Shown: positions 37,729 to 51,739, numbered from the whole stretch's first letter. The stretch: DNA of 63,760 bases, filler included, from Phoronis australis (GCA_002633005.1; 6 parts of 6 records of this genome joined end to end with filler, not necessarily neighbours in it), one strand, 5' to 3'. Numbers and translations: made by a program. The notes: generated by a model not told the origin, from the letters alone.

Positions 37729-40700
37729 ATGTGGCATGAAGCGAGGAAGCAAGAAAAGAAGATCAGGGGTCTCATGGTGGACTTTAAAAAGAGGGCAGAT
37801 CGACGTAGGGAATACTACGAACGAATTGTACGTAACGTTGACTGGAGTTGCAGTCTGTATTTAGCTAGAAATGAAGTTGTGATGGTTCTACAAATTTCCA
37901 ACATATTTAATATTCGACGTTGTCTTGAGTTGTGCAATACTTGGATTTGTCTCTAAATTATAAAGTGATGTTACATGATGAAGACATTTTCATTGTGATG
38001 TCTTTGTTTAGTTGTAGTGCCTCACTGCTGTTTGGTTGTACAAACCGAGTGAAAAGAGGTTCATGGAGTCTGCAAACCCATCATGTCAGTTTTGACGTAG
38101 CAATGAACATGATAGGCCACTAAGTTCAACAAAGCGATCGCTCCAACAAACACTTAAAATGAATCTTTATGAAGTTGCATTGTCTTTGATCAAATGAGTT
38201 ATTAAATTCCTTTGTAGTCTTTTTAAAAATTCCTGCAAACGGCATTTTTTCAAAATAGCAGGTCTCGCAAATATTTCTGTTCTGGTCAGCACACCACCTG
38301 TTGGCCAATATAGGTCTGAAGAGGCCGTGTGATATGGCTACAAGTCAGTGGCGTGCTGACCAGATTTTGAAATATTTGTGATATACGTTTTCATTCCAGT
38401 TTAAGATTTATATATTTATACAGCAGGTCGGTGATGAACTATCTAGAAACTGAAGTGCAGTTGTTTAAAGTGAATCTGTTTTATCGTAGAAAGCAGACCC
38501 TGCCCAGTTTGTCCGTGTGTTCGGTCGGTCAATGAAGATCCATCTGGAGCCATCAATTGCCATAGCTGCAGAGAGTCCTCAGAGCATGTGAGTTTGAGAC
38601 ATTAAGTATTGAGAAAATAGCACACACTTGTTTGTAAAGACATTCAAGTGAGGAGTCTACCAAAACACCGTGATAAAATTCCTGTCCTATTTAAAATTAT
38701 GAAATGGCCAGAACTCTACTGTTGGTTTTCTCCAAGATGGCATTTTAACATTTTATGTCGGTATCTTGCGTTTTTTCGTTAATTGGTGGTGTGATTTATT
38801 ACTCTTGTTTTTAATAGTTCCTTTTCATAGTCTGAACAGTTGTTCATTGTTACTCCCGAGCTATGGATTAGTAATCAAACTGATGGAAGGTGCTTTTTAA
38901 GGAAATTTTTCTTGTCTGTTCTGGTGGATATCAGTAGTCTTTTTCCTTGCACATATTTAAGCCCACACACTTACATCTGAAATAGTGCATTTTTTAAACA
39001 AAAATTTATCCAAGTGTTTTGTGTATGGGCACACTTGACTTAGCTTGATTTGTGGGTACATATGGCTGTCCCTTATGTATGTGTTTAAGAAATAGTTTTG
39101 TGCGTCTTTTGTCTAATTATAACATTTTTTTTTCAATATAGTTTTTGATTGAATACACAGGAACTTTTACCATTCTGTAACAGTTATCAAGCCTCTTTCA
39201 TGTAATATATTAGAAATTGCTCGTCGGTTTTACGTAAGTGTTTCTCATACATGTGCATGCGTCAAATTCGAAATATGGACGGAGCTTTACATGCAGGCAC
39301 TTGGGCTCAAAATACGTGTTTATATGGCAGCTACAAGAATTTTAGTTATCAAAATGAACGGAAATTTTTCCTTTTGAAATGTTCAGGATGCCATGGCAGG
39401 GAAATCGGGAGAACATGATTGACAGGTTCGACGTGAGGGCCCACCTGGATATCATTCCTGAGGTCAAGCCGGGGTCGAAGCTGTGAGTAACGTCAATTTT
39501 ATTGTGCTACTGTTTCAGTCTGCGATGTGTAATGGTGTATTATGAAGGTTGGTTTTATTTGAAACACTGGTAACAAATTCACCAACTAGTGATGGCAAAC
39601 GTTGCTGTTCCTTTGTTGGAAAGAAGTCCCCTATCAGGAGGCTCAAGCACCTTTCCCCTGTAGTGTGTGCGGGGCCTTGTCTCTTTGTTTACTGCGTCTC
39701 CATATGTATTTATAGGTATGACACTAAACTTTTTAGATTGTATAATCGTACTTAGTCCCAGTGCCTCTGTCATCATCAAATGTTTGATATCAAACCTTTG
39801 AATTTGAATTAGTGTCAGTTATCACTGCTGATAGAATAAGACGATCCCATGTTACACAGCAAGACTTAAATCTCACGGTATTTACCCGGCACACTGCAGC
39901 AACATCCGTTGAGCAGTTCTGTAGTCTTGATTTCTCATATTAGGTGTTTGATTTTCTCAAAGCTTTTCTCAACTGCATTAATTGTATTCGATCTTCCAAT
40001 GCCAGCAAAGTTTCCGATGAGAAAAAGTTGGATAAACTCAAGGCAGTGTCTAGGGATGCAATAGTTTCCGACATAATTCCTAGAATCAGCCCAATATTTC
40101 TAAAATGAAGCCAATATAACGACGCATTTTCCTACCTCCAAGACATAGGAGATTTCTATCCATAACTGTTCTGTTGCTCACCACTTCACCTGTACTTGGA
40201 GTAGAAAAAATAACCAATTGTTATTGCTAAATATTGAAGTCCACGGTTGTCAGGCTTAACTGCATAAGATGTGGTTTACTGCTGTGTCTCTGTACCTTGG
40301 CTTTGCTCTTATATGACACGCCATGTCATTCTCTTTTCAGAATGTCCGCAGAAGAAATGGATGAAGACCAACAGTGTAACTATGAACGGTACAGAATTCT
40401 GGTTGAGAACGAGTCAGCTGGAGGTTCGTATTCATTTAGGGCTGTTCCAGTAAAATCTGTATGGGAGGGGGGGAAGGCACCTTTTTTTTGCACCCACCAC
40501 CCATATTTTTCATTTATTTCTTCAGCCTACCACCCGTAATTTTTTATAAGTTTGAAATGCAACCACCCGTAATTTTTTTTTTGTTCTTGTGGTTGACTGC
40601 CCAGGCGCTTGAGTTTATCTGTTCCTCCATCACCACTAACGGCATTCATTACTAAGAAAACCTATGTTTCTTATATATGGTTATTAGCCATCGAGAAATT

Positions 40701-43700
40701 CGAGCACCTGTGGTTAACTGGTGTTATGGGCATGCCGATTAGGAGATCGGAGGGAATGAAAAAGTCGGAGATTTTTGCAAGCTGCATTTTTGTTTCAGTT
40801 TTTGATTCCGTGCGAATTGTTTATAAAATTTACTAAAATTACCCACCATCAAACATTTATGGCCCAATGAAACAACAACGACCTGTAAATTTTTATTTTT
40901 TTGAAGTACGACCACCAGCCATTTTGAATTTAAATCAAACGCAACCACCCATAAATTTTTATTTCAGTTGCCTTCCCCCCCCTCCCACACAGATTTTGCT
41001 GGAACAGCCCTTATAAAGAAATGTAGTACCATGCAATTTTGTCTGTGCTTTCATAGTTACAAAGCATGGTTCATAGGTGGATTGTCTAGACCAAGTTTGT
41101 ACTTGGCGACCCCTTGATTCAAGCAACAAACTTGTTCAAAATCTGTATTTCGAGTAAAATCTTGAAAAAAAAGTTATGTACAATAATGTTGAGTTAGTAC
41201 TAAAGAAAAACAGAAAATATCAAAAATAATTTTGAGTTCGATTTCTAGTTCAAAGGTTAGACCCTGAGCTGCGGTGTAAATAAATGATTGGACCTTCTTT
41301 GCTGGCAGTGCAAATGTTTGTAATCACTTTTCCACCTCTGTTGCCAGTACCCGAAGAGCAGTTTCTGCATCAGCTACAAATCGACGAACAGTTTGGAGAC
41401 GTGTCACAGAATGCTGCATTGGTGGCTGAGGATGAAAAGAAAAAGTAAGACGCTGCAATGCACTTAAACATTTAACAACCATATCAGTTTCAAGTGAGAC
41501 TGCATGTTTTATGGTCTCAAACTCCCCATAAGTATAACTATTGTGCTGGTACACACTTGTATTCAATGGCAAGTCGTGCTTTGTTTGTACTCGGATAAGA
41601 CGAGTTAACAAATGACTTCAATTCTTTGTGAAGATCAAAGGCTGCGTTCTTGGCATTGTGAATCTGTCAAATTTGTTTTGTCTTGGTGTCAAGTTTCAAA
41701 TTCCTGACTGTCTAAATGCCAGCACAGTCTTACTTTGAATTGTCTGTTGTAGTGCTTAGGTAAAATTCGGAGCGAAACAAGTTCACATTCCTACCTTGCA
41801 TTTAGGTACTGCTCTGATGTCATCAAACGATATACCGTTGACTGTCATAGAAAATCTTACAAGGTGTAAGGATTGAAATGAGATATTTTGATATAGGAAG
41901 ACTGCTTTGTTTTTGTGGACTGTTTTTTGTTGCTTTTGTGAATTCTCTTCATTAAGCTTTATGAAAGATGTTAATTGACCTGGGGCCTTTTCCAAGAAAC
42001 TGACTTAATGTTTGCCTTTCTACATTTGGCACGTTAGTCAAACTCAAGACAAAACTTGAATCAAAAACTTAAGTCAAACTTAAGATCACTGACAGATTCT
42101 TGGAACGAACTTAAGACAAATTGAAGTTTTAACTTCTTACTTCTCAAACCAACACCGTTATTGAATGTTATTTCTTCAGACTGGCCGACAAAAAAGTTGC
42201 AATAGCCTACAAGTACGAAGACGTACCTGAACCGGCGCCTCCTGAAGAACAAGAGAAAAATGAAAGTGATGAGGAGTCCTCGTCAGATATTGAAGAAATC
42301 GATTTTGGTAAGCAGATAAGAAATGAGTCGTCATTCTGGCTTCACTCAGATAAATTTTCTTTGTTAAAAGACATTTGTAATGGGGATCTGTGACCTCATT
42401 ACATGTAATTGAGTGATTAAGCTTATTTAAGGTTCTAGAAAAAGTGTAAAAATTTAGCTAACTTTGAAAAGTCGTATCTCAGAAGTACCAAAATAGATTG
42501 ATATGGAACTTTCAAATACTATGCTTTATGCACTGGTTTCTGAAATGCTGTTAAAAATTGTTTCTACAATGTTCCATTTTGTGCATGAGGGTCTATCAAA
42601 AAATAGGACTTTCATGAATTTCATGAAAAATTCTAATGTTGCATTAAAAAAAACATGACAGTTGAGAAAACTAACGTTTTTGAGATTTCTTGAGCATTTA
42701 TTTCAAATAAAATTTGACCATGTTATTGTTACTGTGGTTTTGTTATAACTGTACCTTTCTTTTTTGCTAAATTTTACTAATTAAAGAGACATGGTCATGT
42801 GATTCAATCAATGGCAAAGTCAAAAAATCAAATTCTTCAGGTTTTCTACTTTCAGTAAATATATAGATAATTTCCCTTTTTTGGTTGACATTAAACCTTG
42901 CGCTAACATATGAGGTTGTTTTAGACTGGTACTTGGTTAGCAATCCGTCATTGCTCTATTGCAGACATTTCTATTGATGTCGACCAGCTGACAAATGAGC
43001 AAGCGCAACAAATGAATATCATAGCTGTGCAGTATGGAATGGCAGTGGGAGAATATGTGGAGTAAGTTTTGTCAAATTATTCCCACTTATTTTAAAGCAT
43101 TATTGAACACTGCTTCGATAGTACGACTGTTATCTTGGGACATCCCATTCACTAAGTGTCGAATGAATTGATTAAAAATGGAGCCATGAAATGAGGCTTG
43201 GTAACAACACGCGGTCCTGTTTTCCGTGGTTATACTTTGGTCAGAGTGGAGCTCATAGATGTTATTTTTGACTTGATAAATGGCTACGTTTATATTTTGA
43301 AGCACTTGGAAGTTAGCCATATTTGATTTTCCGGAGAAGCACTCAATAACTCTAATAAATGTTGTGAAGTTTGATGTGCAGCACTACCTGATGTGATTCT
43401 TACACAGTGTACTTTGTGAAATTATCAGGAGCGTAGAAATGCTGCACAAGTTACCGTCTTTGTACTTTGCGTGATGTTGCAACTGTTCCGGTCTTGTCCT
43501 TGGAATCTGGTGTGATAGATGATGTTCGAATGTAGAGGATTAACGATCGTGGTGCCATCCGTAAACGTTATTGATTTCTCGCAGATCTTTGAGGAAAGAC
43601 AAAGAAGACGCAGAAGAAATGAAGATCGCGAGGCAAATTGAGGAAGAACGTGCTCAGTTTTCCGTAAGTTATTTGTTGTGTGAAATCATATCATTGTGTT

Positions 43701-45785
43701 TAACTCTCAGAAAGATTTAAAAACGTCATGTTCGAATTAAATGTTACTGTATGTGCTTGCAACATTTGTATGCCTGTGTGTAATTTAAATAGTTTGCGTG
43801 ATAAATAACAGATCATATTATGTAAACATTTTCACCTTTGATGCACTTTGACATCAAGTGATCACATAGATGCATTTGTGTTATTCTCTTTGATGACGTT
43901 TTCTGATGGCTTTGTTTTGGAAATTGAAATTTCACGAATGAACATTTTTGTGGTGTGATTTTCTAGGGTCGTAAGTCCCGAAGGGAGCGCAGGGCATTTA
44001 AAGAGAAACTGATGGGAGGGAGACAGATGAGTCCACCCAGGTAGGTAGCTCTGCTTCTCTAGCCAAGGATTTCTTAGTTCGGAGGGAGTATTTCAATTTG
44101 CCGTACCTTGACTTACAGTTTGTGTTTTAAATATGCCTGGTGTTTAACTTCTGTCACGAGACTTAAATTTGCATCATACATATATTTTGACATATTGGTG
44201 CTGCTGTTAAAAGAAAGAAGATTAAAATTGACTGTTTAGAAATCTGAAGATCATGCAACTTCTCAAGCCACTGGTGAAAATAATTGCCTCTGTTGGAGAG
44301 TTACCCACTGTGCACAATTTTCTTTCTTTGCAGTTACGCTGCAAGAGCCAGTCCCGTGTACGAGCCGTACCGCAGGCGGTCGCGAGGGTCATCTTCCTCG
44401 CGGTCTCCGTCACCCGTGCACGCCAAGGAGTTCATCACCAGCTTTGGCACGGACAGCGACGGTGAAGATGCAGCTAAGAAACAGTCTGTGATTTCAGAGC
44501 ATCTGAAGCAGCAAACACAAACCAAGTCCTTAATTCAATCATGGTATGTTATCACTTGGTATCCTTTGTAGCTTGTGGCTTCCTGATTCAGTAAAACCTG
44601 CATCCATCGCATTGGCATTTCTCAGCTTTTCGCTTATGAAACAGGGCTTGGAATTTTCCGCGGAAACGCGGATTTCCGCTTTTTTCAAATGTGCTTTCCG
44701 CTTTTTTATAATATTTCCGCGTAAAAAAATCGGATTTGATATAAAATTTCCGCGGCAAATTCCTTTCTTACCGCGGCGTTGCAGACGACGTTCACCTCGA
44801 AAAGCGGAAGTTGCTCTTTATGTTCGGAGGAACGTAAATTGTCAACATTGCCGGGGCATCTGGGATAGCGTGGTGTGATTTTCAATGGCGTCTCATGTTA
44901 TTGTTAAGCGCGGCGACAAATACTACCGCTCTGCAGCCAAAAATGTGTGGGTTGGGAGTAGACGGGCGAGCTAAAAGGACGCAGACGCACGCTACTGATG
45001 GTGGTAACGTTTTTTTTTTTTTTTTTAGTCCTGATTTTTGTCGGGGAAAGGTTCACATTGACCAGTTCTAGGCTGGTTATCGGGCGATGATTTGGGCCGT
45101 AAAAGTTTCAAAGTTTCCGCGTTTTTTGTCATTGGTCATTCCAAGCCCTGATGAAATAACGGGCAAAGTTTGCATGGTTGTCCTAGTTCGTGCACTCGGC
45201 CTGTCTGATTGGTTAGATTCTGCCTTACTCGCATTTGTTGGCTCTGACTCTCGGGTGTTACTGAGATTATTTGCTATAAAATGTTCATTTCCTGCCTTCA
45301 CTTGTAGGAAGTGGTTATAAAACAAGATCTAGTAACGCATCATAATATATTGTTAAAATTGCCAAGAGTTGGATTCATGTTGTTTTTTTCAAAGGAAATT
45401 AGTTCCTGGAGGCAGACATTAACTGTTGTTGACGCGTTATTCTGAGAAGTGTCATAGTTTCACACAGAAGAAATCATCAGTAAGAACTGGTAAGTTGTGC
45501 AAAGCTACTTTCAGGTTGCTTTCGGCCGTATCACAGGTCATTGTTGTTGACTGGTGTGGAGGGAAGTGAACTTCAGTGATTTTTTATCTTATTTTTGTAG
45601 GAAAAGACTGCGAGAAAGCCCACCTCCTGTGCCAGCCTCGGACGACACCAATGACAAACCTGTTGCGGCTGTTCCTGTCGTTCCGGTCAAAAAGCGCACT
45701 CCTACTCCACCACGTCCATCGTTGGGGAAAGCCAAGTCACGTTCACGCTCTCGGTCAAGGTCTCGATCCAGCTCAAGATCTGACT
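37729..45785 (+). CDS. CLASRP: CLK4-associating serine/arginine-rich protein (SFRS16/SWAP2), spliced, 3' end lost at gap
   Basis: Phase-consistent GT-AG exons: 37729-37827, 38490-38587, 39387-39482, 40341-40423, 41348-41444, 42180-42307, 42965-43061, 43585-43663, 43967-44040, 44334-44543, 45601->45785. They give MWHEARKQEKKIRGLMVDFKKRADRRREYYERIKADPAQFVRVFGRSMKIHLEPSIAIAAESPQSMMPWQGNRENMIDRFDVRAHLD..CNYERYRILV..GRKSRRERR..SPPSYAARASPVYEPY..EFITSFG..RSRSRSRS, i.e. the SWAP-N (DRY_EERY) domain plus RS region typical of CLASRP. Confidence 0.96.
40439..41010. mobile_element. PIF/Harbinger-type MITE in CLASRP intron
   Basis: TTA|GGGCTGTTCCAGTAAAATCTGTATGGGAGGGG ... CCCCTCCCACACAGATTTTGCTGGAACAGCCC|TTA: ~32-bp TIR with 3-bp TWA TSD. 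Confidence 0.9.
44642..45150. mobile_element. MITE with CAGGGCTTGGAAT TIRs and 6-bp TSD in CLASRP intron
   Basis: ATGAAA|CAGGGCTTGGAAT ... ATTCCAAGCCCTG|ATGAAA, with subterminal TTTCCGC repeats. Confidence 0.85.
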
Positions 45786-46899
45786 NNNNNNNNNNNNNNN
45801 NNNNNNNNNNNNNNNNNNNNNNNNNNNNNTTAATTAATTAANNNNNNNNNNNNNNNNNNNNNNNNNNNNNNNNNNNNNNNNNNNNGAGAATTCAACTAGT
45901 GAAAAGAATTATCCATTTAGCTCAACCTTTTCATTGGGCCAAACGCCTCGATTCGTGTGTTGAACTGTGTCAGCAAGCGGGCCGATCAACAACAACTTGT
46001 CAAGATAATTCCGACACGTTTTGTAGCAATAATCCGACTTGAATGGCTCGCATACGCGATTTAGTTTGCATTAAACACAACAAATTAATTTCAAACTCAA
46101 AAATTTGCTTGACGTGCCTGAAATAAAAACCAAAGTTCACCTTCGTTACTAATGCTTAGCCATGAGACCGGAAGTTTTGAATCCTGCTCACGTACTTTTG
46201 CGTTAGGCCGCGAGACTTCACGGAGTCGCGAATCTCTTTACGAATATCTATGGTTAAAGTAATAGGGTTGGAAGTCAGCACAGTGAAAGTTTAGAATAAA
46301 GTGCCCTGCATATCACACTCAAATTGTACATCGTCGAAATTGAGATCGCGTGGACCCCTTTATCTCTAAAATATAACTGCACGAAATTCAAGTTCTTCGA
46401 AAAAACTTATTTACTGTTCGCTTGTCTTTCCGCCAACCTTTCGGTGAACTCATGGACTAAAGCATTCACTGGGCTCATTGGCTGGCATTCAAGTCACTAC
46501 ATGACGTCATTAGGTCAAAACTGAGCTCAAAAGATGCCAGACGATTTGATTCGTTGTTGTTAGAGGAAAAGGTAAAAAGAGGCAAAGTCTAACCGCTAAG
46601 ACCATTTGCGGTTTTCTAAACGTGTCAAAGAATTTAACTTTGTTAATACTAACACACTGAACAAAAATTTTCCCGCCATTCATTTGGTTTATATCCATTT
46701 CACCAAGTAGTGACTAATGACCTCCGGTGGAATTTCAGTTCTGTTTAAGAGCTGAATATTGGCTAGTGCGTCCAGATGCTCACGTCTCGCGGTACATACA
46801 CTTGTTTGCAAACTCATGGTGTAGCTATTTTGACACTTCACATGAATCTAGTTGTGGTTTAAGCCTAGGCAATTACATCGCCCTGGATACCGCAGGCAT

Positions 46900-47188
46900 C
46901 AGTGGCGGATCTAGGTTACCATAAGGGTGCCCAACATGCTGCCTCGGGGAATTGGGCAAAGCGCGATCGTATGCACAGGCGGCCCGAAAGTTGCGGGGGC
47001 TGGCGATGTGGAGCTGGTGTTCCCAAATTCTATCGGAGGACTAAANNNCTCATCCGCTGCCTTTCCTAGTTGGTGAACTCAGTAACCCGACATTACCTCA
47101 CACTTCACGCTGTTGCTGTTTAATTTTCCTTGCACCAGCCAGGGGGGGCGGGCCCCCTCGCCCTCCCTCACCTCCTAAATCCGCCTCA
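46900..47188. mobile_element. Small hAT-like MITE remnant
   Basis: Ends CAGTGGCGGATCTAGG ... CCTAAATCCGCCTCA; TSD not convincing. Confidence 0.45.
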
Positions 47189-49308
47189 ATGGGCATACAG
47201 GGGCGATAGTACATCCCCACAAAAGCTGCGCATTTCAAAATACAGCAAATAAAACCAAATGAACCATGCAAATAGGAACATAAGGTTATAATTAACACAT
47301 ACCACAAGGCTGGCGCCGATTCAGTCAGTCAAGATAATTTGAAGAAATCGATGAAAATCTGTCGCGGTTTGCTCGAGTTTCTCTTACCGGGTGCCATTTT
47401 GAGGAAGTTACGTGAAATCAAGCATGTTGACGAATAAAAATTCCAAGGGACATAAATCTTATAAATTTTACCCGATACCTTCACATGCTATTTTGCAAGT
47501 GTCACGCGCTAGTATCACGCGCTTCGCTCAGTCTCGTGCTAGCCTTTGCCTAACTCACGTGACCCAGTTAATGACATACTTGTGGTTATCGCGCGCGTAA
47601 CGGCAACCAAAAAAGTGGAGTTAGAATTCTTCGTCAAAGTCACTTTAAATTCCCAGAACTAAGCTTCATCGAAGATATGTATAGAAGTAGAAAGGTCCAA
47701 TGAAGAAAGTAAGCGCCGCGCTGTGAAGATCGACTCAAAATCGGTGGCCGGATTTGGCCTACCACCCATTTAAATGCATGTAACGATATGCGTACAGAAG
47801 GCGAATGGAAGTATTGTAGCCCCGAAATGGCCAACCGAGGGGCTACGTGTTGCCAAGTTTAAGCCAAGCACTGCCGCAGCGGGCAGCGCCGTGTGCGCGG
47901 TCAAAATCTGCAAGACCACTACAGATACGCAGATGTTGTTACACGTGTGACAGTCTTAACGCAACTCAGATGATTCATGACCGACTTTTTCAGATAATCG
48001 GCTAACTCAGATTGATGCCCGGCATTGTCGTTACTGCAGGAGATCCGATTGAGCTGTTTCCTCAATGTCGTAAAACAACTTGGCCCAAACACCATGCGAA
48101 ACTCTGACACCCCTCGTAGTGCCAGTTTTAACTATTAGACAATTGAGAACAGGTGAAATTATGACAGCCTATCCTAAGATACGAACTTGTGGCATAGACC
48201 ACTAAGCCTTTTAAGACAAAGAGTATAATAAATTGGCATTCGTTTCCAATGGAGATAGCTGGTCATCTGACGCCGGATATAACACAGGTAGTCCAGCTTT
48301 TATTGCCCTTAAATTTGAAAAAAGCTTCGTGTATAACCATGAGCCTGTCAATGAATTCCAGCACGTGACGGTGTATCTGTAGCCGAAAATACCCGAGATG
48401 TTCCAAATGGATCGGTTGCTGACACTGACCGATCATCTATTATGATTTTTTTCCTATTCCAATCACTACTACTTAATGAAGACTTAGAGAAGAAAACCAT
48501 TATCAAAATTAAAAAATAACCATTAGTAGGTGCAACCACTCACTAAGCCTGAAGATTTAGTCGTCTAGGTATTTTTAATAACTTAAGAGTAATTTACTGA
48601 AGACGGTAGCTTCAAAACTTAGCCGCCAGTGTTGATTAAACAGATGCGTTACTGAAGAGCATTATGTCTTGATGTAAGAGCGGATTGTTAAATGCTGTGT
48701 CACATGTGACGCAATATCTTCTGAAATTCTCGGAACTGGAGAGTATTTCGTGGATGGAATGATGTCTGTTCCAATACAGTTGACACCTGCGCTTGTATAT
48801 TAAGTCAAATCCAACAAACAGTCAAGGCATTTTTTCTTCCCACTCTCTCGTGTATTTGAAATTACGTTTTCACAAACGCTATTGTACCGATAAGTACGGT
48901 GATGGTAACGGTGAAGGAAGTTGCTGACTTTCAAAAATAACAGGATATGTGGAGTAAAACGAAGCGGAATATCGTAACCACCTATGAAACACTGAAAATT
49001 CAACGGAAATGGTTGCCGATGTTCACGCCATAGAAGACTTTCCTGGATGAAAATTAAGTTGTTGAACAGGGACCAATTTGGAAAGTACGAAACGCAAATT
49101 CTTTTGTTGAAGTCACACGGACTCTTGCGAAGCATTTCTTAAAAGGTCTCCGAGAATCCCAACGCACTCGTTAGTTGGAAACACGACATCTGAACTTGGG
49201 CAATTGGTGTCCTTCTTGTAGGCGTAGGTAACCAGAGCGGTACTGTGTCTTCACTCCATTATAACTTGGTATTCGTTTATTCTTGATAAAGAGCAATCTG
49301 TTTCGAAA

Positions 49309-50346
49309 ATGAATGCAACTGAACTTAATACTGATGTGCCTAATGCAGTTAACAATACTCGCAACTTTTGGAATTTAGGCAACAACACTGTTACAGAACA
49401 TGGGAGTGATTTTGCAGACGTTGTGGTTGTCGTGACAAAGATATCCCGATTTTTGATCCCCGTCTATCTCTTAATTTCTTTTCTCGGAAACACGTTATCA
49501 CTCATTGTTTTTACACGGAAAATATTTCGTGAGACATCCTGTGGCGTGTATTTTATTAATCTGGCATGTTTCGACATTCTGTCGTTGTGTTGTTCTACGT
49601 TTGAAAATTTTGTAGGCCGAATTTATCCCGAAGTAACCAGTAATCCTGTCGTGTGTGTGATATGGCGTGTCTGCTATCAGAACTGTCGAAGAATTTCCAA
49701 CTGGACGCTAGTTGCCCTTACCGCCGATCGCATGATTGCAGTACAGTTTCCGTTCCGGGCTATCACCACATGTACTAGAAAAAGAGCCACGCGTGTCGTT
49801 ATTGTGATAGGTTCTACTTTAACGCTAACTGGAATAAAGAACATTTGGCTTGTTGGTGTCCATAACGGTGTCTGTGAAAGCTTCAACATTAAGTACATGA
49901 ACATTGCTCGCCAGCTCAACTTTGCTGAAATCTGTTTAGAAGGATTACTGCCAGGTTTCCTCATTCTTATATTTAACATCTTTCTCTTAGTTGGTTTTTA
50001 TAAGCAGCGATCTCAGAAACTGAGATGGAACATCAGATGTTCACAACAAGACCGTCAAATGACTAGAATGCTGTTGTTTAACTCTTTTTTCTTCCTCTTC
50101 ACGCAAATTCCAGCAGCGTTGTTCCGAATGCTAAGCTTGTTCAGGGTGATTTGCCCTATGCCTAGCACCAATCCTGATAAAGAAATATGTCTTCTGGTCC
50201 GGCACATGTTTGTAAACCTTCTTTTGTCCAACTATGCTTTCAATTTCATCTTCTACTACAGCACAGGTCCGAAGTTCAGAAAGGAATTGAAACATGTGTT
50301 GATTTCCGTATGCAGACAAAAAAACAGCAACTTTGCCCCCAATTGA
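49309..50346 (+). CDS. Intronless class A (rhodopsin-like) GPCR, FMRFamide/peptide-receptor-like invertebrate family
   Basis: Intact 345-aa ORF with seven hydrophobic segments and N-terminal N-glycosylation sequons. Motifs: TM1 GNTLS, TM2 NLACFD, TM3 ADRMIAVQFP, TM6 FTQIP, TM7 NYAFNFIFY, helix 8 KFRKEL. Confidence 0.92.
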   Translation: MNATELNTDVPNAVNNTRNFWNLGNNTVTEHGSDFADVVVVVTKISRFLIPVYLLISFLGNTLSLIVFTRKIFRETSCGVYFINLACFDILSLCCSTFENFVGRIYPEVTSNPVVCVIWRVCYQNCRRISNWTLVALTADRMIAVQFPFRAITTCTRKRATRVVIVIGSTLTLTGIKNIWLVGVHNGVCESFNIKYMNIARQLNFAEICLEGLLPGFLILIFNIFLLVGFYKQRSQKLRWNIRCSQQDRQMTRMLLFNSFFFLFTQIPAALFRMLSLFRVICPMPSTNPDKEICLLVRHMFVNLLLSNYAFNFIFYYSTGPKFRKELKHVLISVCRQKNSNFAPN

Positions 50347-51739
50347 TGCGCAAAGAACAGCAGTGGCGAACACTAAAGGGATACCCTCTATATAGCTCCG
50401 AGATTTGAATCCGCGTCAACGAAAAATCTCTCTCATGGTAAAATATAAAGTGCAGTCTGTGTCCGTGAGGAAGTTCTTCGCGTGATTTTCCACCTACACA
50501 GATGAAATTCTGATCTACTCTCATTTCACCATAAAAACACTGTGGTTGCCATTTACAGCAAATCAAAGACGGAAGGAAGGTGTCTTAAAAAAGGTTGACA
50601 ATCGATCTGCCTGTGAAAAGCTCGTTGAATTGGTGTCACAAAGCCCAACCATTTGCGACACAAATTACCCCAAAAACGAATGCGATATAAGCCATACATT
50701 TCTGGAGGACAACTCAATGGGGCACGGGAAATGTGTTCTTTTGACGCCATGTCTTAAATATACATGATGTATATACTGAACGATATCTTCTGCTGATAAC
50801 CACGTAGTGTCGCCAGCAGGTATTATTCAAATGATCGCGTTTGTGCAAAGCCGTTAATATTGGCATCATCGTAACCTCCACATGAAATAAGGACTTCCAA
50901 CACGTATTCACGAGTACAGATTTTTGATGTTGCAGTGGATGTCTTGCTTTTAGTGCGTCCAAGCATCGTTATTGATACCGCGCAGCTTGTCACTATTTGG
51001 ATGTTCACGACCGAGTGCTTAAGGCATGCCGAAATCTGAACACGTTCAACTAAGAATCAAAGAACCTTTTTAAATGCTTAATGTCATATCTACGGCGATG
51101 TCATCGCGACACCTAGGTTTTCGGGCTAAATCCCTTATTTTTTGCGTGTAGAATACATATGTTCTTTGTGAAAATGTGTGCTCATGTACAAACAGCTTGC
51201 GCCGCCCCGCTTCTGGTAAAACATGATCCAACACACCGGCGTGACTTTAAATTCATGATCCTGGCCTGAAGAAAAACTCCCAGTTCTATGCGAGCCCAGA
51301 GATCACTTTTAAACTGAGTAAAATTAAGAAACAAAACAAGACCCATTTTATGACGTACAGAGTCTAAGTCAAAAGTTGTGTTTTTGAGAGAAAACGCGGG
51401 TTTTAACACGCTGCATTAATTGTTGGTGGTACAATGTACCATATATTACTTGAAGCATCACTGTGTTGGTGGGTAGTGTACTGCATATTAATTGGAGAAC
51501 AACAGTGTGGGGGTAGTGTACTGTTTGTCACTTGGAGAATCAGTGGGTGGGGGGAAGGTTTCGTCGTCACGTTGAGAACAGACCGCGATGTTATTGCGTC
51601 AAGTGCGCTGTCAGACGTTTTCGAATGCAAATTACTAATTGTTCTGATAAAATGTTGTTTTACGAGCTGTTTGCATTGTTGCGATGTCGAAAGTCACGTC
51701 GTGACATTTCTATTAACATAAGAGTCTGGTGAAGATCTC

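Noticed and set aside
37828-37956. Extension of the ORF 37729-37956 beyond ERI
   Set aside because: It is intron read-through; CLASRP homology resumes at 38490 after the GT donor at 37828.
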